Shown piece after piece: positions 9,358-18,720 of a stretch of 64,000 nt of DNA. The notes under the pieces are model-generated. The model was given only the letters and a program-made list of their open reading frames with translations. It had not been told where the DNA came from and searched no databases. A program made the translations under genes and the position numbers. Numbering within the stretch: the first letter of the stretch is position 1; every line of letters begins with the position of its first letter. Source of the stretch: Gammaproteobacteria bacterium (GTDB lineage Bacteria; Pseudomonadota; Gammaproteobacteria; CBDBNL01; JAAOII01); NCBI GenBank assembly GCA_965209035.1, contig OZ242372.1, positions 1,984,001-2,048,000 of the forward strand. The letters are read 5' to 3'.

Positions 9358-10089
9358 TTACGGTTTATGTTTATATATTGTGCCGAGTTTGGACCTTGCC
9401 AGGTCCGCGATCTGCCGGGCGGTTTGTTCCGCGGTGGTGTTTGTTGTATCCACTTCAATTGCATCTTTGGCTTTTTTTAAAGGAGAAGAGGCGCGTGTAA
9501 TATCGCCCAGGTCGCGACTGTGCATTGCACTGAGGACGCTTTCTATTGTGGCATCTTTGTGTCCCATGGATAGGAGTTGTGCCAGGCGTCTTTCGGCGCG
9601 CACATTCAAATCCGCCGTCAAGAAAATCTTAAGAAAAGCGTTCGGGAAAATGGAGGTCCCCATGTCGCGTCCTTCGGCAACGAGGCCGGGTGGTTGGAGA
9701 AAGTGGCGTTGTCTTTCCACAAGGGCCTTTCGCACCTGTGGGAACGCACTGATTTTTCCCGCAAGTTTGCCGATTTCATCCGACATCAGCGTATTTGTGA
9801 TATCCGTCCCTTTTGACAGAACACGCAAGGAGAGTTCGCCGTTTTTCTTTTTCATTGTACGAAATTCCGGATTAATGGCGGGAATTAGGGATTCAATTTT
9901 TTCAATCGCCGCTATTTTTTGTGCTACTTTTTGTGTTACTTTTTGGTCGGCGGCAACATATGCCAAATGACGATAAATCAGACCGCTTGGAAGGATGTGC
10001 CACCCCAAGATTTCCGCGGTCAGCAAGGACACACTGCCTTTGCCGGCGGCACCCGGGCCGTCTATGGCGAGGACTTGTGTTGTTGCCAT
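9358..10089 (-). CDS. cmk: Cytidylate kinase
   Basis: AIDGPGAAGKGS, VAEGRDMGT, KIFLTA; start reassigned to MATTQ at 10089. Confidence 0.95.
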   Translation of the reverse strand: MATTQVLAIDGPGAAGKGSVSLLTAEILGWHILPSGLIYRHLAYVAADQKVTQKVAQKIAAIEKIESLIPAINPEFRTMKKKNGELSLRVLSKGTDITNTLMSDEIGKLAGKISAFPQVRKALVERQRHFLQPPGLVAEGRDMGTSIFPNAFLKIFLTADLNVRAERRLAQLLSMGHKDATIESVLSAMHSRDLGDITRASSPLKKAKDAIEVDTTNTTAEQTARQIADLARSKLGTIYKHKP

Positions 10090-10090
10090 T

Positions 10091-12349
10091 TTAGCGATCA
10101 TCTGCCGCAGGCATCTCGTCCGATGCGGGTAATCGGGTAATGCGCAGGCCGATGCTTTCGGCGCATTTTTTGAAATTAGGAAAGGATGTGGCGATGGAAG
10201 CACAGTTGCGAACTCGGACGGTGTCCGCGGCGACACAGCCGGCGACAGAAAACGACATTGCAATGCGATGGTCGCCGTGTGAATCCACTTCGCCGCCGTG
10301 AAAAGGGGCATCGGGGTTGCCGCGAATAATCGCTCCGTCGGCAGTTTCTTTTGCCCGGACACCGAGGCGGTTTAGTCCCGCGATCATCACCGCCAACCGA
10401 TTGCTTTCTTTGACGCGCAATTCTTGGGCGTCTTCGATCGTTGTTTCTCCTTCGGCACAGGCGGCGGCAATCATCACAATCGGAAGTTCGTCTATGGCGG
10501 CCGGCACCAACTCTTTGTTGATGCGGATGCCTTTTAACCGGGCTGTTTGGACTTCCAAATCGGTCACAGGTTCGCTGCCGTAATGGCGCGCTGCCGGGGT
10601 TTTGATGTTGCCGCCCATGGCTCGGAGGATGTCAATGATGCCGGTGCGCCCGGGATTGATGCCGACATTTTGCAGGATCAAACGGCTGTTTGGGCAAACA
10701 GTGGCGGCGACCAGGAAGAAAGCGGCGGATGAGATGTCCGCGGGAATCTTGACGGTGGCGGCGTTGATCCTGCCGCCGCCTTTCAAACGAATCAGCCCCC
10801 GTTGCTTGGTTTCAACCGGATAACCGAAGGTTTTCATTGCCCTTTCGGTGTGATCGCGCGTGGCAACGGCTTCTTTGATCACAGTTTCGCCTTTGGCGCG
10901 AATTGCCGCCAACATGATTGCCGATTTGACTTGGGCACTGGGAACGGGAACTTCGTATGTGATGCCGGTTAGCCTATTATGGCCGGCAATGAATAAGGGA
11001 AAAAACTCGCCGTTGCGGGCGAACAGTCTGCCACCCATTTGACGCAGCGGTTCAATGACCCGTCGCATGGGTCTTTGACTGAGCGAGGCATCTCCGTTCA
11101 GATAAGAAACAAACGGCTGCCCGCAGAGCAAACCGCTCATGAGGCGGGCAGCCGTACCGGAATTTTCGCAATCCAAAACGGAACGGGGTTTTTTTAAGCC
11201 GCCGGATATGCCGACACCCTTAATTTCAACCTTGTCCCGGTCGCGTGTGATATTTACGCCCATAGAACGGAACATATTTAAAGTGGCGAGCGTGTCTTTG
11301 CCGGTGAGGAGTCCGGATATTTGCGTAACCCCTTTTGCCAAACTGCCGAGTATCAGAGCGCGGTGGCTGACAGACTTGTCGCCGTCCACTGTGAGTTCGC
11401 CGTCGAGATCGGAAGCCGGGTCGGACCGGTAGTCAAACTCTTCCGCTGCGGTGTTTGCGACGGGACTGATGGCATCGTGTGTCAGACGATATCTGCCGTG
11501 TCGTGCTTTTGTGAGTCCGCTTAGCATTGCCGAAGTGTCGTTGTTTTGCAGGCTTGCGCGCATATTGGCAAGGCTGAGTTGAAACTCGCTCAGGGCCGCC
11601 AAAAGAGCCGGTCTGTTTAACTCAAAGATATTCGCCCAGATCCGCGCGTCACTGGCGGCGATGCGCGTAAAATCTCGCAGACCGCCCGCGGAATAGTTGG
11701 GCAGATCGTTTGGCAGGGGGGCGCGCAGCAGGGTGTTCATCAGTGCGTATGAAAGAAAATGTGGCAGATGACTGGTGTAGGCAAAGATTTTATCGTGATA
11801 CGGAATGTCCGTGTAAAAAACCTCTTTGCCGAGAGTTTGCCAGAGTTTGCCAATGGTTTCAATGTCTGTTTCGTCGTTCCCCGCCAAAGGAGTGAGCACG
11901 GTTTTGCAGTCGTCAAACAGGTTTGCCCGGGCCGCACCGATGGTGTTGTTTTCGCTGCCGGCAATCGGATGGGTCGGGATTAACCGACACTTGTCTTTTC
12001 CCCATAAAGAGGAGACCAACGGCAGCAGGTAGTTTTTGGCACTGCCTAACTCCATCACCAACGCGTTCGGTGTTTTTGCGCGCAGCTGCGGGAGCATCTC
12101 TGTGATAGCGGACAGGGGGATGGTCAAAACAATCAGGTCTTTTGTGTTCTCATCGGTTCGGTATTGGCAGAGTGCCTCTTCGGTATCCTTGACGCATTTG
12201 TCCAGAATGTTATTCTTCAGTGCGTGATCCGCCGCCTCGGGTGAGATATCGTAGCCGATGAACTCTTTGCCTATTTTTTTTGCGCGCGCTGCCAGGCAAA
12301 AGGAGCCGCCGATGAGCCCGACGCCAATGACAATGATTCTGTCAAACAT
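10091..12349 (-). CDS. aroA: Bifunctional prephenate dehydrogenase / EPSP synthase (TyrA-AroA fusion)
   Basis: N-terminal GVGLIGGS, HPIAGSE, SHLPH, RDFTRIA; C-terminal DKSVSHR, SAQVKSA, RDHTE, RVKESNR, DHRIAMS. Confidence 0.95.
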   Translation of the reverse strand: MFDRIIVIGVGLIGGSFCLAARAKKIGKEFIGYDISPEAADHALKNNILDKCVKDTEEALCQYRTDENTKDLIVLTIPLSAITEMLPQLRAKTPNALVMELGSAKNYLLPLVSSLWGKDKCRLIPTHPIAGSENNTIGAARANLFDDCKTVLTPLAGNDETDIETIGKLWQTLGKEVFYTDIPYHDKIFAYTSHLPHFLSYALMNTLLRAPLPNDLPNYSAGGLRDFTRIAASDARIWANIFELNRPALLAALSEFQLSLANMRASLQNNDTSAMLSGLTKARHGRYRLTHDAISPVANTAAEEFDYRSDPASDLDGELTVDGDKSVSHRALILGSLAKGVTQISGLLTGKDTLATLNMFRSMGVNITRDRDKVEIKGVGISGGLKKPRSVLDCENSGTAARLMSGLLCGQPFVSYLNGDASLSQRPMRRVIEPLRQMGGRLFARNGEFFPLFIAGHNRLTGITYEVPVPSAQVKSAIMLAAIRAKGETVIKEAVATRDHTERAMKTFGYPVETKQRGLIRLKGGGRINAATVKIPADISSAAFFLVAATVCPNSRLILQNVGINPGRTGIIDILRAMGGNIKTPAARHYGSEPVTDLEVQTARLKGIRINKELVPAAIDELPIVMIAAACAEGETTIEDAQELRVKESNRLAVMIAGLNRLGVRAKETADGAIIRGNPDAPFHGGEVDSHGDHRIAMSFSVAGCVAADTVRVRNCASIATSFPNFKKCAESIGLRITRLPASDEMPAADDR

Positions 12350-13462
12350 TTAGACGGAGTCGGGGTAGGAGCCGAGTATCTTGAAAAAGCTGCTCTGTTT
12401 TTTTAAGGCTGCGAGGGCGCGTTGGACCGGCGGTTCGGTGATATGTCCCAGGCAGTCTATGAAGAAGTTATATTGCCAGTCGCCGACGCGCGTCGGGTGT
12501 GATTCCAACAGAGAGAGATCAATATTCTCTTTGTGAAAACAGCCCAGCAGGTTGTAGAGACTACCGGGGCGATTTTTGGCGGCAACCACCAGGGATGTTT
12601 TGTCCGCGCCGCTGGGTTCCGTGTCCCGGTTGCCGATGACAAAAAATCGGGTGGTGTTGTCGGGTTGATCTTCTATGTTTTTTGCCAGTATGTTTAGTCC
12701 GTATAAGTCGGCATTTAATTCTCCGGCAATGGCGGTTGCGCCGGGTGTTTTTAAGGTTTCTTGGGCGCCTCGGGCATTGCTGTTTTCTATGCGAATTTCT
12801 CTGTCGGGGAGGTGCTCGTTGATCCATAGCCGGCATTGGGCGACGGATTGTTGGTGGGTGATGATGGTTTTCACATCGGCAAGCGATTTGATCCAAGGAT
12901 GCCCCAACAGGAAGTGGTGAATTGGGATCCGAACCTCGCCGGTGATGCGCAGCGAGGAGTTGACCAGCACATCCATTGTGTTGGATACCATTCCTTCGGT
13001 GGAATTTTCAATCGGGACAACGCCGTAATCGGCTCCGCCGGCTTCCACCTCGCGGAAGACCTCGGCAATAGAGTGCACCGGCAGGTGGTCGGCGCCGTGA
13101 CCGAAGAAGTGCAGGGCCGCTTGTTGAGTATAGGTGCCGGCAGGGCCCAGGTATGCCACACGCATGAGTGCTTCGGCGTTTAAGCAAAGAGAAATGATTT
13201 CGCGAAAGATTTTGAGAGTTTGAACTTCGGGTAGCAGGTCATTTTTTTGTAAGGCGCTTTTTACCCTTCGCAGAATGGATGCCTGTCTTTGCGGTTGCAG
13301 GTAGGCGGTGTTGCTGCCGCCGGCCTGGTGCTTCCGGCGTTTAAGGTCGCCTATTTCCTTTGCCAGTTGCGTTCGTTGCCGCAGCAAGTCCAGAATGTTG
13401 TCGTCTATACTGTCTATGGATTTGCGCTTTTGTTCCAAATCTTTTTTCATTTGAACTTTCAT
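12350..13462 (-). CDS. pheA: Chorismate mutase / prephenate dehydratase
   Basis: RKSIDSIDD, AYLGPAGTYT, PIENSTEG, NTTRF, ACT domain with LGSYP. Confidence 0.95.
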   Translation of the reverse strand: MKVQMKKDLEQKRKSIDSIDDNILDLLRQRTQLAKEIGDLKRRKHQAGGSNTAYLQPQRQASILRRVKSALQKNDLLPEVQTLKIFREIISLCLNAEALMRVAYLGPAGTYTQQAALHFFGHGADHLPVHSIAEVFREVEAGGADYGVVPIENSTEGMVSNTMDVLVNSSLRITGEVRIPIHHFLLGHPWIKSLADVKTIITHQQSVAQCRLWINEHLPDREIRIENSNARGAQETLKTPGATAIAGELNADLYGLNILAKNIEDQPDNTTRFFVIGNRDTEPSGADKTSLVVAAKNRPGSLYNLLGCFHKENIDLSLLESHPTRVGDWQYNFFIDCLGHITEPPVQRALAALKKQSSFFKILGSYPDSV

Positions 13463-13680
13463 TTTACCCTATTTGATCTTTTGGTAATTCGGGGGGCATG
13501 AATAACAGATGAATAACAGATGAATACGGCATGTGAAGATTGTGAAGATGCCGACCGAACCGGGAGAATCGGCGCGAGGATATAATATGAAGAAATGATT
13601 ATCCGAGACAGTTCAATAGAAACCCCCGCTCGTAACTCACGCAGGGAGCCGCGCGGTTCCGGTGAACAGGTGAACAAGCG

Positions 13681-14916
13681 ATGACCGGACTTTCCGGTGC
13701 CACACATTCGCAGGCAATGCATTGGCTGGGCGAGGAATTAAAACGCCGGGGGATTGGCGAATATCAAGTAAGCGAGCCAATTGCCGAAGCGGATCAGCGC
13801 GAGTATTATCGCGCGGTTTATGCCGATGGTAGCAAGATGCTGATGCATATTCTGGCAGAACCGGCACGGAGAGTCGCAGAGGTACTTCGCACGACCGATT
13901 TTTTTGCCGCCGGCGGTATTCGTGTGCCGCAAATTGATGCTCACAGCGCGTCTTTGGGATTGATGTTGCTGGAAGACTTTGGCGATACCTCGCTTTGGAG
14001 TCTGTTTCATTCCGCCGATCAAAACAACAGGCATCGCCGCTTGTTTTATTACAAACAGGCGGTCGGGACAATCGGACGCATTCAAAAGTTGGAGCAGTCC
14101 GGGTTGTCGCTTATGAATGAGGAGCATCTTGTCGCGGAGATGCGAATTTTTACCGACTGGCTGCCGTGCCGATGGTTGGGCGAGCCTGGCGAGTTAGACA
14201 AGTTGGACGAGTTAGGTAAATTAGGCAAGTTAGGCAAATTAGACAAGTTGGGCAAATTAGGCGAGTTAGGCAAGTTAAGTGACACGGATAAAAAAAGACT
14301 GGATGCCTTTTACCGGTCTCTGGCAGGCTCTGTTTTGGCAGCCCCCCGGGTTTGTGTGCATCGCGATTTTCATTCCCGCAATCTTTTTTTCACCGATACG
14401 GACGGCTTGGGCCGGGACCTGGACCGGGACTCGGACCTGGGCTCGGGATTGGGGTCGGGCTTAAGAAGGCAACCGGGGGTTTTGGATTATCAGGGGGTGA
14501 TGGTCGGTCATTTTTGTTATGATCTGGTGTCTTTGCTAAACGATGTTTATACGCATCTCACACCCGCGGAAACCGCCGAACTGTTGGATACTTTTTGTAC
14601 GGAAGTTGCCGTCGGTCTTAACTCGAGCAAGGACGATATTGTTCGTCAATTTAATGCGGTAACTCTGCAGCGATTCATCAAGGTGTGCGGGCAGTTTGTG
14701 CGCCTTGCCCTGAGAGATCAAAAGGAGCAGTATATCAGTTTTTTGCCGGCAGTTGCCGCCAGAATTGACGAGGCACTTGCGGGTCCCTTGCCGGATCCCT
14801 TGCAAGATAAGAGCGCGCAGGCATTTTTTACCGACCTGTGGAAAGAAAGAATACTTCCGGCATTGCATGCAAAGTGCTCCGCTGGTGCCGGTGCCAATAC
14901 CGATGCCGAGCGGTAA
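13681..14916 (+). CDS. amgK: AmgK-like aminoglycoside phosphotransferase family kinase with two low-complexity insertions
   Basis: REYYR, LLEDFGD, VHRDFHSRNL, LDYQG, YDLVSLL, LQRFIKVCGQFVRL motifs. Confidence 0.75.
   Translation: MTGLSGATHSQAMHWLGEELKRRGIGEYQVSEPIAEADQREYYRAVYADGSKMLMHILAEPARRVAEVLRTTDFFAAGGIRVPQIDAHSASLGLMLLEDFGDTSLWSLFHSADQNNRHRRLFYYKQAVGTIGRIQKLEQSGLSLMNEEHLVAEMRIFTDWLPCRWLGEPGELDKLDELGKLGKLGKLDKLGKLGELGKLSDTDKKRLDAFYRSLAGSVLAAPRVCVHRDFHSRNLFFTDTDGLGRDLDRDSDLGSGLGSGLRRQPGVLDYQGVMVGHFCYDLVSLLNDVYTHLTPAETAELLDTFCTEVAVGLNSSKDDIVRQFNAVTLQRFIKVCGQFVRLALRDQKEQYISFLPAVAARIDEALAGPLPDPLQDKSAQAFFTDLWKERILPALHAKCSAGAGANTDAER
14191..14280 (+). repeat. 10 x 9-bp in-frame degenerate tandem repeat in amgK
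   Basis: gagttagac/aagttggac/aaattaggc-type units encoding ELDKLDELGKLGKLGKLDKLGKLGELGKLS. Confidence 0.9.
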
Positions 14917-14959
14917 AGACAAGACAACGCGGGAACGTTTTCGTGTTTTCGCGTTTCCG

Positions 14960-14990
14960 TGCATAATCTCATAAAGGTTTCGGACTTTGA
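14960..14990 (+). repeat. Solo IS481 IRL-like motif
   Basis: tgcataatctcataaaggtttcggactttga versus IS end tgcatgatctcataaaggttctggactctga. Confidence 0.75.
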
Positions 14991-15044
14991 ATTACGGACT
15001 CGCCCCCTTCCCTATAATTGAAGGCGTGTATTGTTCGGAGGATT

Positions 15045-15118
15045 GCGCCCGTAGCTCAACCGGATAGAGCAACGGCCTTCTAAGCCGTAGGTTGCAGGTT
15101 CGATTCCTGCCGGGCGTG
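15045..15118 (+). tRNA. tRNA-Arg(TCT), CCA not encoded
   Basis: Acceptor GCGCCCG/CGGGCGT, anticodon arm ACGGC-CTTCTAA-GCCGT, GTTCGATTC T-loop; TATAAT at 15013-15018. Confidence 0.95.
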
Positions 15119-15130
15119 TTTGCATTTCGC

Positions 15131-15207
15131 GGTGGGCGTAGCTCAGTCGGTAGAGCGTAGGATTGTGGCTCCTAAGGTCGTGGGTTCGATACCCATCGTC
15201 CACCCCA
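15131..15207 (+). tRNA. tRNA-His(GTG)
   Basis: G-1, anticodon arm TAGGA-TTGTGGC-TCCTA, GTTCGATAC T-loop, ends CCCA. Confidence 0.95.
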
Positions 15208-15466
15208 TTTTTGCCGTATGTTGGCATAATGTGTATGCGAAATGCGCGGGCTTTGTTTTTTGTGCCGGCTTAGTGATGGCTTAACGGCTACTTTGTAGTT
15301 ACCTTTAATAGATACTTTATCGCCACCTTTCTTTAATGACGCTTTACGGCTACCTTAAAAGCCCCAAACCGGGAGGGGAAGGATGATGTAATCGTCCATG
15401 CGTTATAATTTTAGTGATTATGAAAAACTGTTTCAATTATTTAACAATTATTTAACTACGCTAACT

Positions 15467-15979
15467 ATGCTAACTGCGAGAGGGTGGCTTGCCCTTATTT
15501 TTTTGTTGTTGATGCCGATTTCACCTCTTTGGGCGGGAACCGGCGAACCGGTTGCAAAAGACCTCGTCGCTTCTGTTGTAATCTTGCCATCGGCTGCCGC
15601 CGCTCGGGCGGAAGCTGCTCAGGCGGAAAAAGTGGTGCACCAAGACCGGGAAGAGCATTCGGAAGAAGAACTGGAAGATGTTATGAAGCGGATGGGTAAA
15701 ACGGTGAAAGCGTTGCGTAAATTATCGCGCGAATCATCCGCGGCCGAGGAAGTCCGAGCTCTTGCGACGAGGTTGCGACAGTATATTGAGATGGCATCCC
15801 GCAAGCCGCCGGAGGATCCGACCGATGCTTCTTATTTTCAAGAAGGCATGGTAGAACTCATAGCCGCCGCCGACCGTCTGGCGGATGCGAGCGAGAACGG
15901 CGGAAATGTTGAAGTGGAAGCGGCTGTTAGGGATCTGCTGTCCGTTCGCAAGAAGTATCACAAATTACTGGGAGTGTAG
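15467..15979 (+). CDS. Periplasmic cytochrome b562-like protein
   Basis: Signal peptide; LEDVMKRM (Met ligand), PPED, YFQEGM and RKKYHK (His ligand) parallel the b562 four-helix bundle. Confidence 0.75.
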   Translation: MLTARGWLALIFLLLMPISPLWAGTGEPVAKDLVASVVILPSAAAARAEAAQAEKVVHQDREEHSEEELEDVMKRMGKTVKALRKLSRESSAAEEVRALATRLRQYIEMASRKPPEDPTDASYFQEGMVELIAAADRLADASENGGNVEVEAAVRDLLSVRKKYHKLLGV

Positions 15980-16030
15980 TTTGTTTGGGGGATCATGGAT
16001 CATGAATGAAAGTTAAAGCCATCATAATCA

Positions 16031-16483
16031 ATGCATAGTATTCATCATCAAGTTGGAATACGGACGGACTCTGCGGCTGTGGTCTATGATGCCCTGACCA
16101 GTCTGCAAGGAATTGCCGGTTGGTGGACCCGCCATACGGACGGCGAGCCGGACAAGACGGGCAGAGAATTGGGTTTGACATTTGGGGGTGTGCGGATGCA
16201 ACTTGCAGTGGAGGAGTTGGTGCCGGGGACGAGAGTGGCATGGCGATGTGTGCGGGCAAACGCACAGTGGGAGCAAACATTAATTTCGTTTGATTTGTCG
16301 CATGATCGGGGGACGAGCCAGGTTATTGTGGATTTTACTCACACAGGTTGGAAAGAGGCGACGCCCTTGGCCGCTCTGTGTTCTACCAAGTGGGCGATTT
16401 TTTTACTGAGCCTGAAACAACTGGTGGAAGAGGGCAAGGGTTCTCCCTATCCGGATGATATGCATATCAATTATTTTGAGTGA
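16031..16483 (+). CDS. SRPBCC/AHSA1-like domain protein
   Basis: VYDALTSLQGIAGWWT, VAWRC, FTHTGW, CSTKWAIFLLSLKQLVEEGKGSPYP. Confidence 0.85.
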   Translation: MHSIHHQVGIRTDSAAVVYDALTSLQGIAGWWTRHTDGEPDKTGRELGLTFGGVRMQLAVEELVPGTRVAWRCVRANAQWEQTLISFDLSHDRGTSQVIVDFTHTGWKEATPLAALCSTKWAIFLLSLKQLVEEGKGSPYPDDMHINYFE

Positions 16484-16887
16484 TTTCCGGGCTTCGTGCT
16501 TCGGGCTTCAAAAATGAGGAAAGAGAAAGAGAAAGAGGAGTGAGGGATGCAGAATGCAATAGAATACTCGCGTTCGTTTAAGCATATCCGAAAACACCCC
16601 AATCAAAGCAAGCATCCCAAAGTAAGTATCAAGCCCTAAAAACGGGGCGGGTAAGCGATCAATCAATCATATGCTTTGCCCCTAATCCTAATCGCTGTTT
16701 GGGTTTAGGGGAGCTCGGCTGTTATTAAAGTTTAAAGTTTTAAAAGTGGCGGAAGATCCTGCGAGTGTTCGTCAATTCAAAAGCAGGCTCAATAATTGAG
16801 GGATCAACAGATTGGCCGTTTGGACGATGACCGAGCGGATGCCCCTGTTCTTGTTTCCAAATGACAGACAGAATCCGGTTCGGATCC

Positions 16888-18522
16888 TTAAGATTCGGAT
16901 TCCATCGCCTTTTTATAGTCGGCAATTATCTTGTCCGCCATCTTATTTGTTAGTTTGCCTGTGGTTGCTTTGGAACTCGGTGGCAATTTATAACTTTTCT
17001 CTTGCTCCACATGGGGTCTTATGCGTTCTATTATTTCCTTTATTTTTTCTTCAAGGAGACCATTTTCTTTCAAGTCGGATTCTATTTTTTCCAATTCGCC
17101 CGCGTCCATTCCGCCACCAAAGACAGTGCTTTCAAGGGCGGTTGCTTTCCCCCGAACCGCATTGATTCTTGTTTCCAAGGTGTCTCCGCTTATATACATA
17201 GTATCGCCTTCCTTGGAAAATGCCCCCTGCAAATCAGCATTCTTTAAATGCCCTCTTGGCAACCAGGCATTTGATAGGTCCGCTCCTTGCAAATTGGCAT
17301 TCTCTAAATCCGCTCCTTGCAACCTGGCATCTGATAAGTTTACTCCTTGCAACCGTGCATCTTGTAAGTTTGCTCCTTGCAACCGTGCATCTTGTAAGTT
17401 TGCTCCTTGCAACTGGGTATTATGTAAGTTTGCTCCTTGTAACCGGGCATCCCATAATTCTGCTCCTTGCAACTTGGCACCCCGTAAGTTTGTTCCTTGC
17501 AACTCGGCACCCCATAATTCTGCTCCTTGTAACTCGGCACCCCATAAGTGTGCTTTTTGCAATTGTGCTTTTGATAAGTCTGTTCCTTGCAATCGGGCAT
17601 TTGATAAGTTTGCTTCTTGCAATCGGGCATTGGACAAGTTTGCTTCTTGCAATCGGGCATTGGACAAGTTTGCTTCTTGCAATCGGGCATTGGACAAGTT
17701 TGCTTTTTGCAATTGGGCATGTTGCAGATCGGCATGTTGTAGATTGGCTGCCGACATCATTGCATTACCGAAGTTTGTCCAATGCAATTTCGCGCCGTGC
17801 AGGTCAATTTTTGTCAGATCCGCACCGAACAAATAAGCATTGGATAGATCCAAAAGAGGGATCTCCGGATCCGGGCGACCGAACTTCTTGTTAATGCGGC
17901 CGAGAACATTCAACAGAGACTGCACCTCGTTGGAAGGAGTATCCTCGTATGTTTCTCTGTATTCTTTTTGTTGAGTGGTTTCTCTCAGATGGGCGCAAAG
18001 AATATCGGCAATGTTCTGCAGCCGATCCGGTTCCAGACTGAGCAGACTATAGAGACCATAGATGCCTCCCAGGCGGGCGGACACAGACTGCCCGTTGCCG
18101 AGATGGGTAATGGCTTTATTAAAAATCACTTCCCGGTTGGATTGAAAGTGTGCCTGAACTCGCATATGAGCGACAATTAAACCGCAAACGCCGACCAGAC
18201 CGAACAAGCCAAACCCCAGCATGCGCAGGGTTTGTGCCTTGATGCTCGGTCCGTCGGCGATGTAAGTTGATCCGAAACGGCAGTCCCAAAAGTCTCCCCA
18301 AACATCGAAAATTCTTAAAACCAAAATAACCAACAAGACAAATGCGAATAGCCCCAAGATGCTTAACAGAGGGTGAGGCAGAATGTTCGTCTTAAAGAAC
18401 TTGCTAAGTTTGCTCACAGGTCCTCGCACCAGTCTCCTCAAGCTCTTGCCATAGGTATTCACTTTCGGCGGAAGCATTCCCAATTTGTTTTTCATTTTTC
18501 TTATCTTTATCATCTTCATCAT
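16888..18522 (-). CDS. Membrane-anchored pentapeptide-repeat protein (start uncertain)
   Basis: Two TM helices, ARLGGIYGL and ILCAHLRE domain, then about 40 A(N/D)Lxx pentapeptides. Confidence 0.9.
   Translation of the reverse strand: MMKMIKIRKMKNKLGMLPPKVNTYGKSLRRLVRGPVSKLSKFFKTNILPHPLLSILGLFAFVLLVILVLRIFDVWGDFWDCRFGSTYIADGPSIKAQTLRMLGFGLFGLVGVCGLIVAHMRVQAHFQSNREVIFNKAITHLGNGQSVSARLGGIYGLYSLLSLEPDRLQNIADILCAHLRETTQQKEYRETYEDTPSNEVQSLLNVLGRINKKFGRPDPEIPLLDLSNAYLFGADLTKIDLHGAKLHWTNFGNAMMSAANLQHADLQHAQLQKANLSNARLQEANLSNARLQEANLSNARLQEANLSNARLQGTDLSKAQLQKAHLWGAELQGAELWGAELQGTNLRGAKLQGAELWDARLQGANLHNTQLQGANLQDARLQGANLQDARLQGVNLSDARLQGADLENANLQGADLSNAWLPRGHLKNADLQGAFSKEGDTMYISGDTLETRINAVRGKATALESTVFGGGMDAGELEKIESDLKENGLLEEKIKEIIERIRPHVEQEKSYKLPPSSKATTGKLTNKMADKIIADYKKAMESES
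17225..17760 (-). repeat. 30-bp-period tandem repeats encoding pentapeptide pairs
   Basis: e.g. ttgcaatcgggcattggacaagtttgct repeated in tandem at 30-bp spacing; no spacers. Confidence 0.9.
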
Positions 18523-18720
18523 CTGTGTATTCAATCGCCGGGCAAGGATCCCCGAGGGACTCGCCCAAACGGACAACTCTTGTTATGGGTATTTATTATA
18601 GAGTGCCGGCAAGTCATCCGAGAATATCCAAATTTAAAGAGCCGCCGAAATATGGTAAATTATGACTATGGATTATTTAATTCACCACCCATATCATTAA
18701 CCAACAAAAAATCATTCATC

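Noticed and set aside
15012-15227. Small ORFs over tRNA genes (also 60357..60548)
   Set aside because: They overlap clear tRNA cloverleaves and are not coding.
17021-17894. Long overlapping repetitive ORFs on both strands, and a possible CRISPR reading of the 30-bp repeats
   Set aside because: They are by-products of the pentapeptide repeat coding; units are contiguous with no unique spacers and no cas genes are present.
18373-18720. N-terminal extension of lipoprotein copy 1 in the ORF track
   Set aside because: It overlaps the divergent gene; the paralogs show the start is ATG 18721.
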